Origin: Candidatus Gastranaerophilales bacterium
Lineage (GTDB): Bacteria > Cyanobacteriota > Vampirovibrionia > Gastranaerophilales > Gastranaerophilaceae
Reading direction: 5' to 3'
Assembly: GCA_944324305.1 (NCBI GenBank)
Contig: CALUVV010000006.1
Location: forward strand, 90,655-154,654
DNA: 64,000 nucleotides
In this document: in pieces, positions 1 to 9,793 of the stretch
How the letters are laid out: the number at the start of each line of letters is the position of its first letter
How positions within the stretch are numbered: the first letter of the stretch is position 1
Position numbers and translations under genes: made by a program
The notes under the pieces: generated by a model
Told to the model about the DNA's origin: nothing
The model's input: the letters and a program-made list of their open reading frames with translations, nothing else
Database searches by the model: none

Positions 1-1
1 A

Positions 2-589
2 ATGCTTGCTTCTGTTAAGGAAAAGTTTGATGTTCCTATTTTAACGGATATTCACACACCCGATCAGGCCGAACCTGTAAGTAAAGTTGCAGATGTTTTG
101 CAAATTCCTGCATTTTTATGCCGCCAGACTGACTTGCTTGTTGCGGCAGCTGAAACTGGAAAAATAGTTAATATTAAAAAAGGCCAATTTTTAGCACCTC
201 AACAAATGGATAATCTTGTTAAAAAGGTTGAAGAATGCGGAAATAATAAAATTTTGCTCACGGATAGAGGATGTTCGTTCGGGTATGGTAATTTGATTGT
301 GGATTTCAGAGCTGTACCGATTATGCAATCTTTCGGTTATCCTGTTGTATTTGATGCTACACACAGTGTTCAGCTTCCCGGGGCAAACGGAACTTCATCA
401 GGCGGTGACAGAAGATTTGTTCCTGTTCTTGCAAAAGCTGCAATGGCAGCAGGTGCTAATGCTTTATTCTTTGAAGTTCATCCGGATCCTGATAATGCTA
501 AATCCGATGGACCAAACATGATTCCGCTTGAAAAGGCAGAAGAAGTTTTCAAAATATGCAGCGAGATTTTCAAATTGGTGAGAGCATAA
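2..589 (+). CDS. kdsA: 2-dehydro-3-deoxyphosphooctonate aldolase (KDO-8-P synthase), 5' end cut by window edge
   Basis: Translation carries KdsA hallmarks ([33 protein letters not shown]). The ORF runs off the left edge. Confidence 0.9.
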   Translation: MLASVKEKFDVPILTDIHTPDQAEPVSKVADVLQIPAFLCRQTDLLVAAAETGKIVNIKKGQFLAPQQMDNLVKKVEECGNNKILLTDRGCSFGYGNLIVDFRAVPIMQSFGYPVVFDATHSVQLPGANGTSSGGDRRFVPVLAKAAMAAGANALFFEVHPDPDNAKSDGPNMIPLEKAEEVFKICSEIFKLVRA

Positions 590-1206
590 TGATAATAAAG
601 CAATTTATAGCAGGACAATTAGAAAATAATATGTATCTTGTCATGGATGAAAGGACAAAAAAAGCTGTCCTTATAGATGCTTCTGCTTTAATCCCCGAAA
701 TTACAAGTACAATTAAAGAGCTTGGTGCGGATGTAGAATACATTCTTTTAACTCATGGACATTTCGATCATATTATGGGTTTGAATTCTTTAAAACAAGC
801 TCTCGGTGCTGAGGCTGTAATTTGTAAGGATGATCTTGTAATTTCCGATAATATAAATGAATTTACAAGATTGTTCGGATTTCCGGACAGCACCCCGCCT
901 GTTTATGAGAAATATATAAAAGACGGTGATATTATTCATGTCGGTGATATGGAGATACAGGTTATTCATACTCCGGGACATACTGAAGGCGGGGTTTGTT
1001 ACTTAATTGAAGATAAACTGTTTTCGGGAGATACTTTGTTCAGGCAGAGTGTGGGAAGAACTGATTTGTTCGGCGGGAGTTTTGAAAAGTTATCAGACAG
1101 TATAAAAAATAAATTATTTAAACTGGATGAAAATATAACAGTTTTTCCGGGACATGGTCCTGCAACAACTATTGCTTATGAAAAAAAATATAATGAAATA
1201 ATATAA
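589..1206 (+). CDS. MBL-fold metallo-hydrolase (glyoxalase II-like)
   Basis: HGHFDH metal motif and TPGHTEGG. The ATG at 589 overlaps the kdsA stop (ATAATG), so I prefer it to the ORF-track start at 556. Confidence 0.8.
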   Translation: MIIKQFIAGQLENNMYLVMDERTKKAVLIDASALIPEITSTIKELGADVEYILLTHGHFDHIMGLNSLKQALGAEAVICKDDLVISDNINEFTRLFGFPDSTPPVYEKYIKDGDIIHVGDMEIQVIHTPGHTEGGVCYLIEDKLFSGDTLFRQSVGRTDLFGGSFEKLSDSIKNKLFKLDENITVFPGHGPATTIAYEKKYNEII

Positions 1207-1222
1207 AATATAGGTAAAAGAA

Positions 1223-2257
1223 ATGAAAGAACAACTGGAAAAAATATATTCAAATGCTGCTGAGGACTTATCAAAAGCCTCATCAATTGCTGATATTGAA
1301 GAAATCAGAGGAAAATATTTGAGCCGTAAGGGAGAATTTAACGAAATTAAGAAAAATCTTAAAAATTTGTCTGATGAAGATAAAAGGGTTGTAGGCTCTC
1401 TTGCAAATGAAATTACTCAAAAACTTGAAAACGCATTAAAAGAAAAACATCAGGAATTCTACAAAAAAGAATTGAATGAAAAATTGAAAAACGAAAGAAT
1501 TGATGTGACATTACCCGGGAAATATGTTCCTCGCGGCAGAACTCATCTTTTGACATCTACTACAAATGAAATTGTACAGATATTTCAAAATTTGGGATTT
1601 TCAGTTGTTCCTCAAGAAAATTCTCCTGAAGTTGAAACTGAATATTATAATTTTGATGCTTTAAATGTTCCAAAAGACCATCCAGCTCGTGACGTTCAGG
1701 ATACTTTCTATACAGAAATTGCCAAAAATGTTGTATTGCGCAGCCAGACATCAGGTGCACAAATTCACGCAATGGAAGGCAAAAATCCTCCGATAAGAGT
1801 TGTTTCTCCGGGCAGAGTTTACAGGAATGAAAATATTAATGCCCGCAAAAATAATTTCTTCCATCAAATTGAAGGTCTGTATGTTGATAAAGATATAACT
1901 TTCGGAGATTTGAAAGGTGTTTTAAATGAATTTATCAGAGTTTATTTCGGAACGAGCCGTCCGACACGTTTCAGAAGCAGTTTCTTTCCGTTTACCGAAC
2001 CTTCTGCGGAAGTTGATGTTCAATGTATAATGTGTGAAGGGAAAGGATGCAGAACTTGTTCAGGTACCGGCTGGCTTGAAATTCTCGGATGCGGAATGGT
2101 TGACCCGAATGTATTACGAGATGTCGGGATTGATCCTGATGTTTATTCGGGATTTGCTTTTGGAATGGGTGTTGAGCGTCTGGCAATGCTTAAATACGCA
2201 GTGGACGATATAAGGCTTTTCTTCAATAACGACGAAAGATTTTTAAAACAATTTTAA
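1223..2257 (+). CDS. pheS: phenylalanine--tRNA ligase alpha subunit
   Basis: Class II aaRS motifs (FRSSFFPFTEPS, GFAFGMGVERLAM). 344 aa, typical PheS length. Confidence 0.95.
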   Translation: MKEQLEKIYSNAAEDLSKASSIADIEEIRGKYLSRKGEFNEIKKNLKNLSDEDKRVVGSLANEITQKLENALKEKHQEFYKKELNEKLKNERIDVTLPGKYVPRGRTHLLTSTTNEIVQIFQNLGFSVVPQENSPEVETEYYNFDALNVPKDHPARDVQDTFYTEIAKNVVLRSQTSGAQIHAMEGKNPPIRVVSPGRVYRNENINARKNNFFHQIEGLYVDKDITFGDLKGVLNEFIRVYFGTSRPTRFRSSFFPFTEPSAEVDVQCIMCEGKGCRTCSGTGWLEILGCGMVDPNVLRDVGIDPDVYSGFAFGMGVERLAMLKYAVDDIRLFFNNDERFLKQF

Positions 2258-2261
2258 TAAT

Positions 2262-2918
2262 TTATTTTTGAATCATTTCATAATTTAAAGTATTGCCTAT
2301 TATAGCATCATAGAAGTCGCCTTGAAATTGAATAAATTTTTCAGGTTTTACAATAAAAGAAAAAGTGTCCGCACCATATTGGTTCGGGCCTTTTTCTCCA
2401 TTGGTGTCGAAAAATATTAGTCCGCATTGATTACTATAATTATAAATTGGATTCCCATCTGCATCAGTTGTTCCTGAATCAAATTTAGACAGACAATTCC
2501 CACCGACATTTCGTGTGTTATAAGAATTTATAGCAATAGTTGAACCGTCTACAAGTATAGCTTTTGCCATAGCATGTGAACTGTAAAAGGTGTAACTTTC
2601 CTCTGAATTTTTTTGTGGTTTGGTTTCTTTTGCCCAACATCCTGTTTTAGTCCCACAATTTTGTGTCACTTGTATATACCTTGTCAAATCATTTAATATT
2701 TGTTCGCTTGAATTTTCAAAAATTCCTGAATAGTCACTATATCCGGATTCAGCCTTTAACATATTAAAGGCGTTTGAGATTAAAGAGAAAGTTCTTTTTG
2801 ATTGATTAAGTAATACTTTATCTTTGTATTTACCTACTAAAGCAGGCATTGTCAGAGCAGCAACTATTCCTATAATCCCGAGAGTTATAAGAACTTCTGC
2901 AAGGGTAAAACCATACAA
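2262..2918 (-). CDS. type IV prepilin-like protein (locus L1); body ORF, true start probably ATG 3013 after a frame change in the C-run
   Basis: N-terminus YG|FTLAEVLITLGIIGIVAALTMP is a prepilin cleavage/methylation motif. The ORF-track start is a TTG only 2 codons before the cleavage site. Confidence 0.85.
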   Translation of the reverse strand: MYGFTLAEVLITLGIIGIVAALTMPALVGKYKDKVLLNQSKRTFSLISNAFNMLKAESGYSDYSGIFENSSEQILNDLTRYIQVTQNCGTKTGCWAKETKPQKNSEESYTFYSSHAMAKAILVDGSTIAINSYNTRNVGGNCLSKFDSGTTDADGNPIYNYSNQCGLIFFDTNGEKGPNQYGADTFSFIVKPEKFIQFQGDFYDAIIGNTLNYEMIQK

Positions 2919-2945
2919 ACACCTGCTAGTTTTCTTAAAAGCCTT

Positions 2946-2973
2946 GATATGGCGGGTTAAGCGGCTGCGCTTG
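2946..2973 (-). repeat. GC-rich hairpin motif copy (AAGCG-CAGC-CGCTT followed by AACCCGCCATATC) inside the L1 leader
   Basis: Stem 2959-2963 pairs with 2968-2972. About 24 of 30 nt are identical to 59531-59562, and it is similar to 41222-41243. Confidence 0.6.
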
Positions 2974-2975
2974 CC

Positions 2976-2985
2976 GGGGGGGGGG
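2976..2985 (-). repeat. homopolymer C10 on the coding strand (G10 as given) in the L1 leader; putative slipped-strand phase switch
   Basis: Counted 10 G at 2976-2985. ATG 3013-3011 with GGAGG at 3019-3023. ATG-to-pilin-frame offset is 95 nt (mod 3 = 2). Confidence 0.65.
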
Positions 2986-3031
2986 CAATTCTAAATGCTT
3001 TGATATCAATCATTTTTACCTCCTTAATTTT

Positions 3032-4090
3032 CTATTTTACAACTTTATCCAAACCATGCGGTTTGTCAACATTTCTGCCTAAAACGATTGCGGTTTCAAG
3101 TGCCAGCAGCTGTGCTGCGACAACAATACAAAAGGACTTTACAATCTCGCTTTCGCAATTAATATCAATATTATATTTTGTATCTATTTTATTATTACTA
3201 CAGCCCAAAATACATAAAGGCGGTTTATATTCTTCCTCAATTTTGTTTAAATTTCTAATTGCTGTATAGCTTAATTCATTTATCGAAATATGTATCATTG
3301 CCGGTTTGTTATTTAAAATTGCAACGTGCCCGTGCATAAACTCTCCGAGAATATTTGAATAAACATTTATGTAAGATGTTTCTTTAATTTTTAAAGAAGC
3401 TTCTTTAGCTATTGCATAGGATATGCCGTCAGCAGTTACAACTATATTTTTGTATTTGGCGAGAAATTTTGCCATTTCTTTAATTTCCGGCTGCAGTTTG
3501 TATGTTTTTTCGATATATGAAGCTAAATTTTTCAGTTCTTTTAAGTATGCCGAAATATCAATACCTTTATGTGCTGCATATTTCAATACAAGTAATGTAC
3601 AGCATAGCATTTGAGTTGTGAGTGATTTGGTTGCGGCAATACTTTTTTCTTCTCCTGCGCGGCAGTCAATTTTAAAGTCAGAGGCTTCCCAGATTGTTGA
3701 CCCTTTTTTGTTTGTAATGCACAGCGTTTTCATTCCGAACTCTTTTGCTTTTTTAAGTGCGGAGTTGGTATCTGATGTTTCTCCGGATTGGGTAATAAAG
3801 ACATATAAAATGTCATTATCATGAGGTACTGCAGATTTCAGAAGAAATTCGCTTGAGTAAATTGCTCTAGCTTCCATACCTGCAATATTGCCGAAAAGGT
3901 CAGCGGCAAATCTTGCACAATGGTAAGATGAGCCGCTTGCCACAAGTACAATTTTTTGAATATCTGCAGGTATGTCAAATAATATGTAATCATTATCATT
4001 GACATGAGTGCTTAACAGTTTGTCAAGGACTTCTGCCTGTTCAAAAATTTCGGTTTCCATGCTGGTTTTTTGTTTATCTTTAAAAAACAT
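3032..4090 (-). CDS. SIS-domain sugar phosphate isomerase, GlmS isomerase-domain-like without the glutaminase domain
   Basis: Two SIS modules (SGSSYHCARF, ITQSGETSDT) and a GlmS-like C-terminus (NVDKPHGLDKVVK). 352 aa. Confidence 0.75.
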   Translation of the reverse strand: MFFKDKQKTSMETEIFEQAEVLDKLLSTHVNDNDYILFDIPADIQKIVLVASGSSYHCARFAADLFGNIAGMEARAIYSSEFLLKSAVPHDNDILYVFITQSGETSDTNSALKKAKEFGMKTLCITNKKGSTIWEASDFKIDCRAGEEKSIAATKSLTTQMLCCTLLVLKYAAHKGIDISAYLKELKNLASYIEKTYKLQPEIKEMAKFLAKYKNIVVTADGISYAIAKEASLKIKETSYINVYSNILGEFMHGHVAILNNKPAMIHISINELSYTAIRNLNKIEEEYKPPLCILGCSNNKIDTKYNIDINCESEIVKSFCIVVAAQLLALETAIVLGRNVDKPHGLDKVVK

Positions 4091-4102
4091 CAGACCTCAC
4101 AA

Positions 4103-5545
4103 TTAATCCAATAATTCTTTTAGAATTTCATTAACTGCTTTCGGGTTAGCTCTGCCTTTAGTTTCTTTCATAACTTGTCCGACAAAGAAACCTAACAGTT
4201 GAACTTTACCGTTTTTGTATGCAGTAACCTGATCCGGGTTTGCATCAACTACTTTTTGTGCGATTTCTTTAATTGCACCTGTATCAGAAATTTGGCTTAA
4301 GCCCTTTTTCTCGACGATTTCAGAAGCTTTTGTACCGTCTTTCATCATATCGATGATAATCTGTTTACCGATATTATTTGAAATAGTATTTTTTTCGATA
4401 AGAGCAATTAGTTCCGCAAGATTTTCAGGAGTTAATTTAGTTTCATTAATTTCTAATTTTTCTTCCTTCAAATAAGCTGCAATTTCACCCATAATGAAGT
4501 TTACTGCAATTTTCGGCGATGCGCCTAATTTTAATACTTCATCAAAGAATAATGCAAGCCCCATTTGTTCAACGATAACACAGGCATCATATTCGCTTAA
4601 ACCTAAGCTCATATAGCGTTCACGTTTAGCTTGCGGAAGTTCCGGCATTGTATCTTTAATTTGTTGAACCCATTCTCTTGAAATTTTCAAAGGCATTAAA
4701 TCAGGTTCGGGGAAATATCTGTAATCATGAGCATCCTCTTTACCTCTCATAGAACGTGTTTCCCTGGAGTTGTCATCCCAGAGTCTTGTCTCCTGGACAA
4801 CTTTTCCGCCTTCTTCTACAATTTCGATTTGTCTGTCAATTTCGTATTCGATTGCTCTTTGTAAAGCAGAGAAACTGTTTACGTTTTTAATTTCTGCACG
4901 TGTTCCGAATTCTTTTGAACCTTTAGGCATAATTGAAATATTAGCATCACATCTCATTGAACCTTCTTCAAGGTTTCCGTCGCAAACTCCTATGTAACGT
5001 ACGATATTTCTTAATTCTTCCATATAATTTCTTGCTTCTTCGGAAGACCTCATGTCAGGTTCGGATACTATTTCAAGAAGCGGAGTACCTGCTCTGTTAA
5101 GGTCTACAAGAGAATAACTTGAACCTGCAAGCCCGTCAGCACCGGCGTGAACAAGTTTTCCAGCATCTTCTTCAAGGTGTGCGCGTGTAATCCCTATTCT
5201 TTTGCCTTTAACGTCTAAATAACCGTTTATGCAAATAGGTTCATCGAACTGTGATATTTGATAACCCTTTGGAAGGTCAGGATAAAAATACTGTTTTCTG
5301 TCAAATTTACATCTTTCTGGAATTTCGCAGTTTAGCGCAAGACCTGTCAAAATCCCCATATTGACTGCTTCTTTATTCAAAACAGGTAAAACTCCCGGCA
5401 TACCAAGAGTAATAGGGCTTGTTTCAGAGTTCGGCTCTTTCCCGAATTCACAGCCGTCGGGCGCGAAAATTTTTGATTTGGTTTTTAATTGAGCGTGAAC
5501 TTCCAAGCCGATAACAACTTCATATTTATCTCTTAAACTTTCCAT
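4103..5545 (-). CDS. gatB: Asp-tRNA(Asn)/Glu-tRNA(Gln) amidotransferase subunit B
   Basis: GatB N-terminus (YEVVIGLEVHAQL) and full-length 480 aa with a GatB/YqeY tail. Confidence 0.95.
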   Translation of the reverse strand: MESLRDKYEVVIGLEVHAQLKTKSKIFAPDGCEFGKEPNSETSPITLGMPGVLPVLNKEAVNMGILTGLALNCEIPERCKFDRKQYFYPDLPKGYQISQFDEPICINGYLDVKGKRIGITRAHLEEDAGKLVHAGADGLAGSSYSLVDLNRAGTPLLEIVSEPDMRSSEEARNYMEELRNIVRYIGVCDGNLEEGSMRCDANISIMPKGSKEFGTRAEIKNVNSFSALQRAIEYEIDRQIEIVEEGGKVVQETRLWDDNSRETRSMRGKEDAHDYRYFPEPDLMPLKISREWVQQIKDTMPELPQAKRERYMSLGLSEYDACVIVEQMGLALFFDEVLKLGASPKIAVNFIMGEIAAYLKEEKLEINETKLTPENLAELIALIEKNTISNNIGKQIIIDMMKDGTKASEIVEKKGLSQISDTGAIKEIAQKVVDANPDQVTAYKNGKVQLLGFFVGQVMKETKGRANPKAVNEILKELLD

Positions 5546-5609
5546 TTTTCTTCTAATCTCCTTATTTATGGGATTATTTTACCATAAACAAAGATTTATA
5601 GTAAAGAGA

Positions 5610-6377
5610 TTAATAAGTCATTCTCCAGCCGTCTTCCATAATTCTGGCGGCACAACCGTCACCGCTGACATTTTCCGGAGCATCTTTAAGAATGCCTTCT
5701 CCTGCACAAAGAGAAGCATTTGTTCTCCAGTAATTACTTCCTGATGCACTTCCGTATAAAGCTTTTGCGTAATCGGCACCGTACATTGGGTATAAATGAC
5801 CGTTTTGTGCAACTATAAATTTAAATAAATCGCGTCCGTATTGATTTGGAGCACGAAGGCTGTTAACATCCATCGTAACTTCGGCGCATAGATTTTTTAT
5901 AGTGCTGAGATTAGGATTTGCAACGTCGTTACAGCCTTTTGGCACTACAAGATACATTGCGCCGTCGGGTGTCATAAATTTAAATCCTTCCGTGGATCGC
6001 CAGTCTACATCTTCTGCCAAAGTCGTATTTTTCGGTTTAAGAGGGGCAGAATTCAATCCCGGCATCATAGCTGTACCGTTTTTGGCTATTTTAATAATTT
6101 TTATGGATTTTGTAATTTCTTTTTCAAACTTATCGTTCCAGGCGGCATCTGTAACACTTCCGTCAAACGCTCCAGCACAGACAATATCTGTACATTCGTG
6201 TCTTACCATAATATTTTGCATTGCCTGTTCAAATTGGCTCAGAGATTTTTCAAGCTGTGAAACATAAACTTTAACTTTATAATTTGAAATAAGACCTGGC
6301 ATAGTTAACGCTGCAACTACGCCTATTATTGAAATAGTTAATAAAACTTCTGATAATGTAAAGGCTTTTTTTATCAA
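5610..6377 (-). CDS. type IV prepilin-like protein (L2), no G/C tract
   Basis: MIKKA|FTLSEVLLTISIIGVVAALTMP. TTG start with GGAG 8 nt upstream. C-terminus ...DGWRMTY is related to the WEMTY family. Confidence 0.85.
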   Translation of the reverse strand: MIKKAFTLSEVLLTISIIGVVAALTMPGLISNYKVKVYVSQLEKSLSQFEQAMQNIMVRHECTDIVCAGAFDGSVTDAAWNDKFEKEITKSIKIIKIAKNGTAMMPGLNSAPLKPKNTTLAEDVDWRSTEGFKFMTPDGAMYLVVPKGCNDVANPNLSTIKNLCAEVTMDVNSLRAPNQYGRDLFKFIVAQNGHLYPMYGADYAKALYGSASGSNYWRTNASLCAGEGILKDAPENVSGDGCAARIMEDGWRMTY

Positions 6378-6407
6378 AACAGACTCCGATTATAAACTTA
6401 TTATAAC

Positions 6408-7535
6408 CTATTTTTCAAAATTTTCAAGTAAGTTTAAAAGTTTTTTGTGAAGTGCTACATTATGAACTCTTATGTAATCAACTTTATGATTTATTGCTAA
6501 GGCATTCAGGGCTAGTGTGTAAATATCTTTTACATAATTATCCTCGTTATTCATGCCAAGAAGGCTTTTGCGGGAAATCCCGAGCATTATCGGACAGCCG
6601 AGTGAATGTAATTCGTCAACCCGTTTAATTATTTCAAAATTATCTTTTTGTGTTTTCCCGAAGCCTATTCCGGGGTCTGTAATAATGTTTTCAACACCTT
6701 TTGAACGTGCAATATTTATTTTATTTTTGAGCTCTAAAAATATTTCTTCCATTAAGTCATTATATTTCGGTGAGTTTTGCATGTTTTCGGGCGTTCCCTT
6801 TGAGTGCTGAATAATTACGGGCACATTATATTTTGCAATAACATCGGGCATTTTTTCGTCGTAATCAAATCCTGATACATCATTTATTATGTCTGCACCT
6901 GCCTTAATACATTCTTCGGCAACAACGGAACTTCTGGTATCAATGCTTAATTTTATTTTACCTCCGGCAAAATCAATAACGGGCAATAATTTTTCTAACT
7001 GCTTTTTAACAGGAACGGCTGATGAGTATGGTTTTGTGGATTCCGCACCTATGTCAATAATGTCTGCACCTTCATTTATCATTTGAAGAAGGCGTTCTTT
7101 TGCTTTTTCAAAATCATTGTACAAACCGCCGTCAGAAAATGAATTTTCGGTAAGATTAAGTATTCCCGCCAGTTTTACCCTGTGTTCGGTTTTACATCCT
7201 GCAAGAAGCTTTTGCCCGAGTTCTTTTAACTTAAACGGCTGAAATTGTAATTTTTCTGCAATTTTTTTTATCTGTGAGCTGCTGGCGCCTAAAATACAGT
7301 CAGATTTTTCAATTTTACCTGTAATGACTTCTCTATGCGTTGCACAATCAGCCCCGACAGAAATTGCTGTTTGTTTTATAATATTTGCCTGAGCAGGAGT
7401 TAAGGAATAGATTTTAATATTTTTATAATCAAATTTTTCAACGGCTTTATGTACATAAGATCTGTCAAAGCCTATGCGGTTTAATTCCGTCTCCATATCT
7501 GTATTTTTCAGTTCTCGCAAAATAAAATCGTGCAT
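6408..7535 (-). CDS. folP: dihydropteroate synthase with an N-terminal extension of about 110 aa
   Basis: DHPS signature GILNLTENSFSDGG and pterin-binding barrel motifs (DIGAESTKP, DPGIGFGK). Confidence 0.9.
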   Translation of the reverse strand: MHDFILRELKNTDMETELNRIGFDRSYVHKAVEKFDYKNIKIYSLTPAQANIIKQTAISVGADCATHREVITGKIEKSDCILGASSSQIKKIAEKLQFQPFKLKELGQKLLAGCKTEHRVKLAGILNLTENSFSDGGLYNDFEKAKERLLQMINEGADIIDIGAESTKPYSSAVPVKKQLEKLLPVIDFAGGKIKLSIDTRSSVVAEECIKAGADIINDVSGFDYDEKMPDVIAKYNVPVIIQHSKGTPENMQNSPKYNDLMEEIFLELKNKINIARSKGVENIITDPGIGFGKTQKDNFEIIKRVDELHSLGCPIMLGISRKSLLGMNNEDNYVKDIYTLALNALAINHKVDYIRVHNVALHKKLLNLLENFEK

Positions 7536-7573
7536 AAGCTTAGCTTAGCACGATTTTATATATTTAACAACTT

Positions 7574-8056
7574 TTAGTCAGCCACTTTGCTTTCAACCAT
7601 TTCAGTCGTAACTTTTCCGATATCGGATAATCCTGATACAAGAGTTACAAATCCGAACAGATAACCCAGACCGCCTGCAAACAATTTAAATGCCTTACTT
7701 TGAACAAGCGGTCTTATAAGTTTCATATTTTTAAATTTGGCACCCCAGTTAAGTATTTTGGTTTTAGCCCATTTTGCATTTCCAACTATTTTGGGCCATA
7801 AACCTTTTGATTGTTTTGCGACGCTTGTAACTGTTTTGGTAGTTTCGGTTACGCCTTTAATTCCTTTAGCGGCTTTTTCCGATGTACTGAAAAGATCAAC
7901 TCCTGATTTCATCGCTTTGGAGCGTGCGGCAGCAGTAGTAGCCGCAACAGCACCACCGCCTGTTACAACTTTTTTTTCGGCATCTTTTTTGTCATTTTCG
8001 GTTTTATTAGCGGGCTGAGCCGTAAATGTTATTCTTTCGTTTAAAGAAACAGCCAT
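7574..8056 (-). CDS. hypothetical Lys/Thr-rich protein with a C-terminal hydrophobic helix
   Basis: 160-aa ORF tandem with 8059..8754. No family recognised. Confidence 0.5.
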   Translation of the reverse strand: MAVSLNERITFTAQPANKTENDKKDAEKKVVTGGGAVAATTAAARSKAMKSGVDLFSTSEKAAKGIKGVTETTKTVTSVAKQSKGLWPKIVGNAKWAKTKILNWGAKFKNMKLIRPLVQSKAFKLFAGGLGYLFGFVTLVSGLSDIGKVTTEMVESKVAD

Positions 8057-8058
8057 TA

Positions 8059-8754
8059 TTATTTATCTCCCGCTTCATCTTGTTCTTTTAATGTAGTGAC
8101 ACCTGAAGCTACACCGCCTGATGCTCCTACAAAATTAACAGTAGCTTTTTCGTAGGTTTCTTTTTTTACGCCTTTAATTTTATCCATTATATGATTAAAG
8201 CCTTTTTTAATTGTGGTAAAGATATTTTTGATACCTTTTCCTATTGCTTTAAAGAATTTCGAAATCGGAGAACCGATTTTTGTTTTCGAGAATTTTTTCA
8301 AAGCGTTTGCAGGCATAGTGTATGCTTCCGAGGCTTTGAATTTAGTTTTAACGGTTCTTGCAGAATCAATAATAAAACTGTTTGTAGCTTTAATATGTTT
8401 TTTGAAACTCTGAACAGGAGCTGATTTTGCAATTTTAGACATAGCCTGGATTGATTTTTTGGCTCCCCAGCCTGTAGCCATACCGCCCAACAAACCCGTA
8501 GTAACGACAGCACCGCCTTTAATCATTGTTTGAGCGGGTTTAGGCAGCTTTATTTCATCGTTATCAAGAATTTCTTTTAAATCTTCTTTTTGTTCAAGTA
8601 ATTCCTGTCTTGTTTCATTATATTTTTTTTCTTCAAGTTCTTCCGGTGTTAACTTGCGTGTCTGTTTTTTTTGAGCACCGAACGCAGGACCGTAATTGTT
8701 AGAAAGTTTAGGCTGTATTGATAACATATGTGTCTCCGTTAAAAAATTTTTCAA
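8059..8754 (-). CDS. hypothetical Lys-rich protein with a Gly-rich hydrophobic segment
   Basis: 231-aa ORF containing GGAVVTTGLLGGMATGWGAKK. No family recognised. Confidence 0.5.
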   Translation of the reverse strand: MKNFLTETHMLSIQPKLSNNYGPAFGAQKKQTRKLTPEELEEKKYNETRQELLEQKEDLKEILDNDEIKLPKPAQTMIKGGAVVTTGLLGGMATGWGAKKSIQAMSKIAKSAPVQSFKKHIKATNSFIIDSARTVKTKFKASEAYTMPANALKKFSKTKIGSPISKFFKAIGKGIKNIFTTIKKGFNHIMDKIKGVKKETYEKATVNFVGASGGVASGVTTLKEQDEAGDK

Positions 8755-8864
8755 GATACCTAACGAGCGTAAAGAATTTTTGTTGCTGGTATAAACGACT
8801 TTTGTTAAAATTTTGTTACATTCTTTTTCGCACTTCTACGCAACATATTATCGCATATAAACTC

Positions 8865-9791
8865 TTATTTGTAAATAAATTTACTGCCCTGATGTGAAGA
8901 CCTTTTAATAAATTCTCTGTCGATTTTGTTAAGGCAGTCAAATTTTTTGCCGAGCCATTGCGGCGCAATTAATTCTGAGCTTAAACCGTTGCCTGCAAGA
9001 CGGTGAATAGTTATAGTTTCGGGAAGATATTCGAGAAAGTCGCAGACTGTTTGAACGTATTCGTCTTCGTTCATAAATTCAATTCCGCCGCTTTCGTATA
9101 TTTGCGCAAGTTTTGTATTTTTCAGGGCGCATAACATGTGGATTTTAACCCCGTCAACTTCCAGTTCTGCAAGTTTTTTTGCAGTTTCCATAATCTCGTC
9201 ATGCGTTTCCCATAGACCGAAAATAACATGGACACATACGTTTATGCCTGCGGATTTTGTTTTTTCATAAGCCTTTAAAAAGCATTCAAAATCATGACCG
9301 CGGTTAATTTTTTTTAATGTTTTGTTATGAACGGATTGAAGCCCGTATTCCACCCATGTGTAATAGTCATCTTTAAATCCTGATATAAGTTTAATTTTTT
9401 CATCATCTATGCAATCAGGGCGTGTACCTATGGAAATTCCAACAATATCTTCGTGATTGAGCGCGGAATTGTATATTTTTTCCAATTCTTTAGCAGGTTT
9501 GTAGGTATTTGAATAAGCCTGAAAATATGACATAAATTTTTCGGCTTTAAAGCGTTTTTTTAGGCTTTCCGCTCCGCTTATAACCTGTTCTTCCACTGAC
9601 AGGAGATTTGAATGAGCTTGGGAGAAGCTTCCGCCTTCGTCGCAGAAAATACAGCCGCCTGTCGAAATTGTGCCGTCGCGGTTAGGGCATGAAAAACCGG
9701 CATCAAGTGTTATTTTATAAACCTTAACGCCGAATTTATTTTTCAAATGAGCGCTGAATTGATTATAGCGCTTATCGGTATTATTAAACAT
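8865..9791 (-). CDS. radical SAM protein, TIGR01212 family
   Basis: N-terminal ITLDAGFSCPNRDG...GGCIFCDEGG cluster motif typical of the TIGR01212/YhcC family. Confidence 0.85.
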   Translation of the reverse strand: MFNNTDKRYNQFSAHLKNKFGVKVYKITLDAGFSCPNRDGTISTGGCIFCDEGGSFSQAHSNLLSVEEQVISGAESLKKRFKAEKFMSYFQAYSNTYKPAKELEKIYNSALNHEDIVGISIGTRPDCIDDEKIKLISGFKDDYYTWVEYGLQSVHNKTLKKINRGHDFECFLKAYEKTKSAGINVCVHVIFGLWETHDEIMETAKKLAELEVDGVKIHMLCALKNTKLAQIYESGGIEFMNEDEYVQTVCDFLEYLPETITIHRLAGNGLSSELIAPQWLGKKFDCLNKIDREFIKRSSHQGSKFIYK

Positions 9792-9793
9792 AA

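Noticed and set aside
297-521. Numerous short ORF-track entries nested in or antisense to strong genes, for example 297..521, 790..981, 1560..1772, 3000..3269, 4770..4997, 5902..6267, 25345..25602, 36117..36518, 54460..54807 and 55852..56127
   Set aside because: Each overlaps a confidently identified conserved gene in another frame or strand and has a low-complexity translation. They are treated as non-coding shadows.
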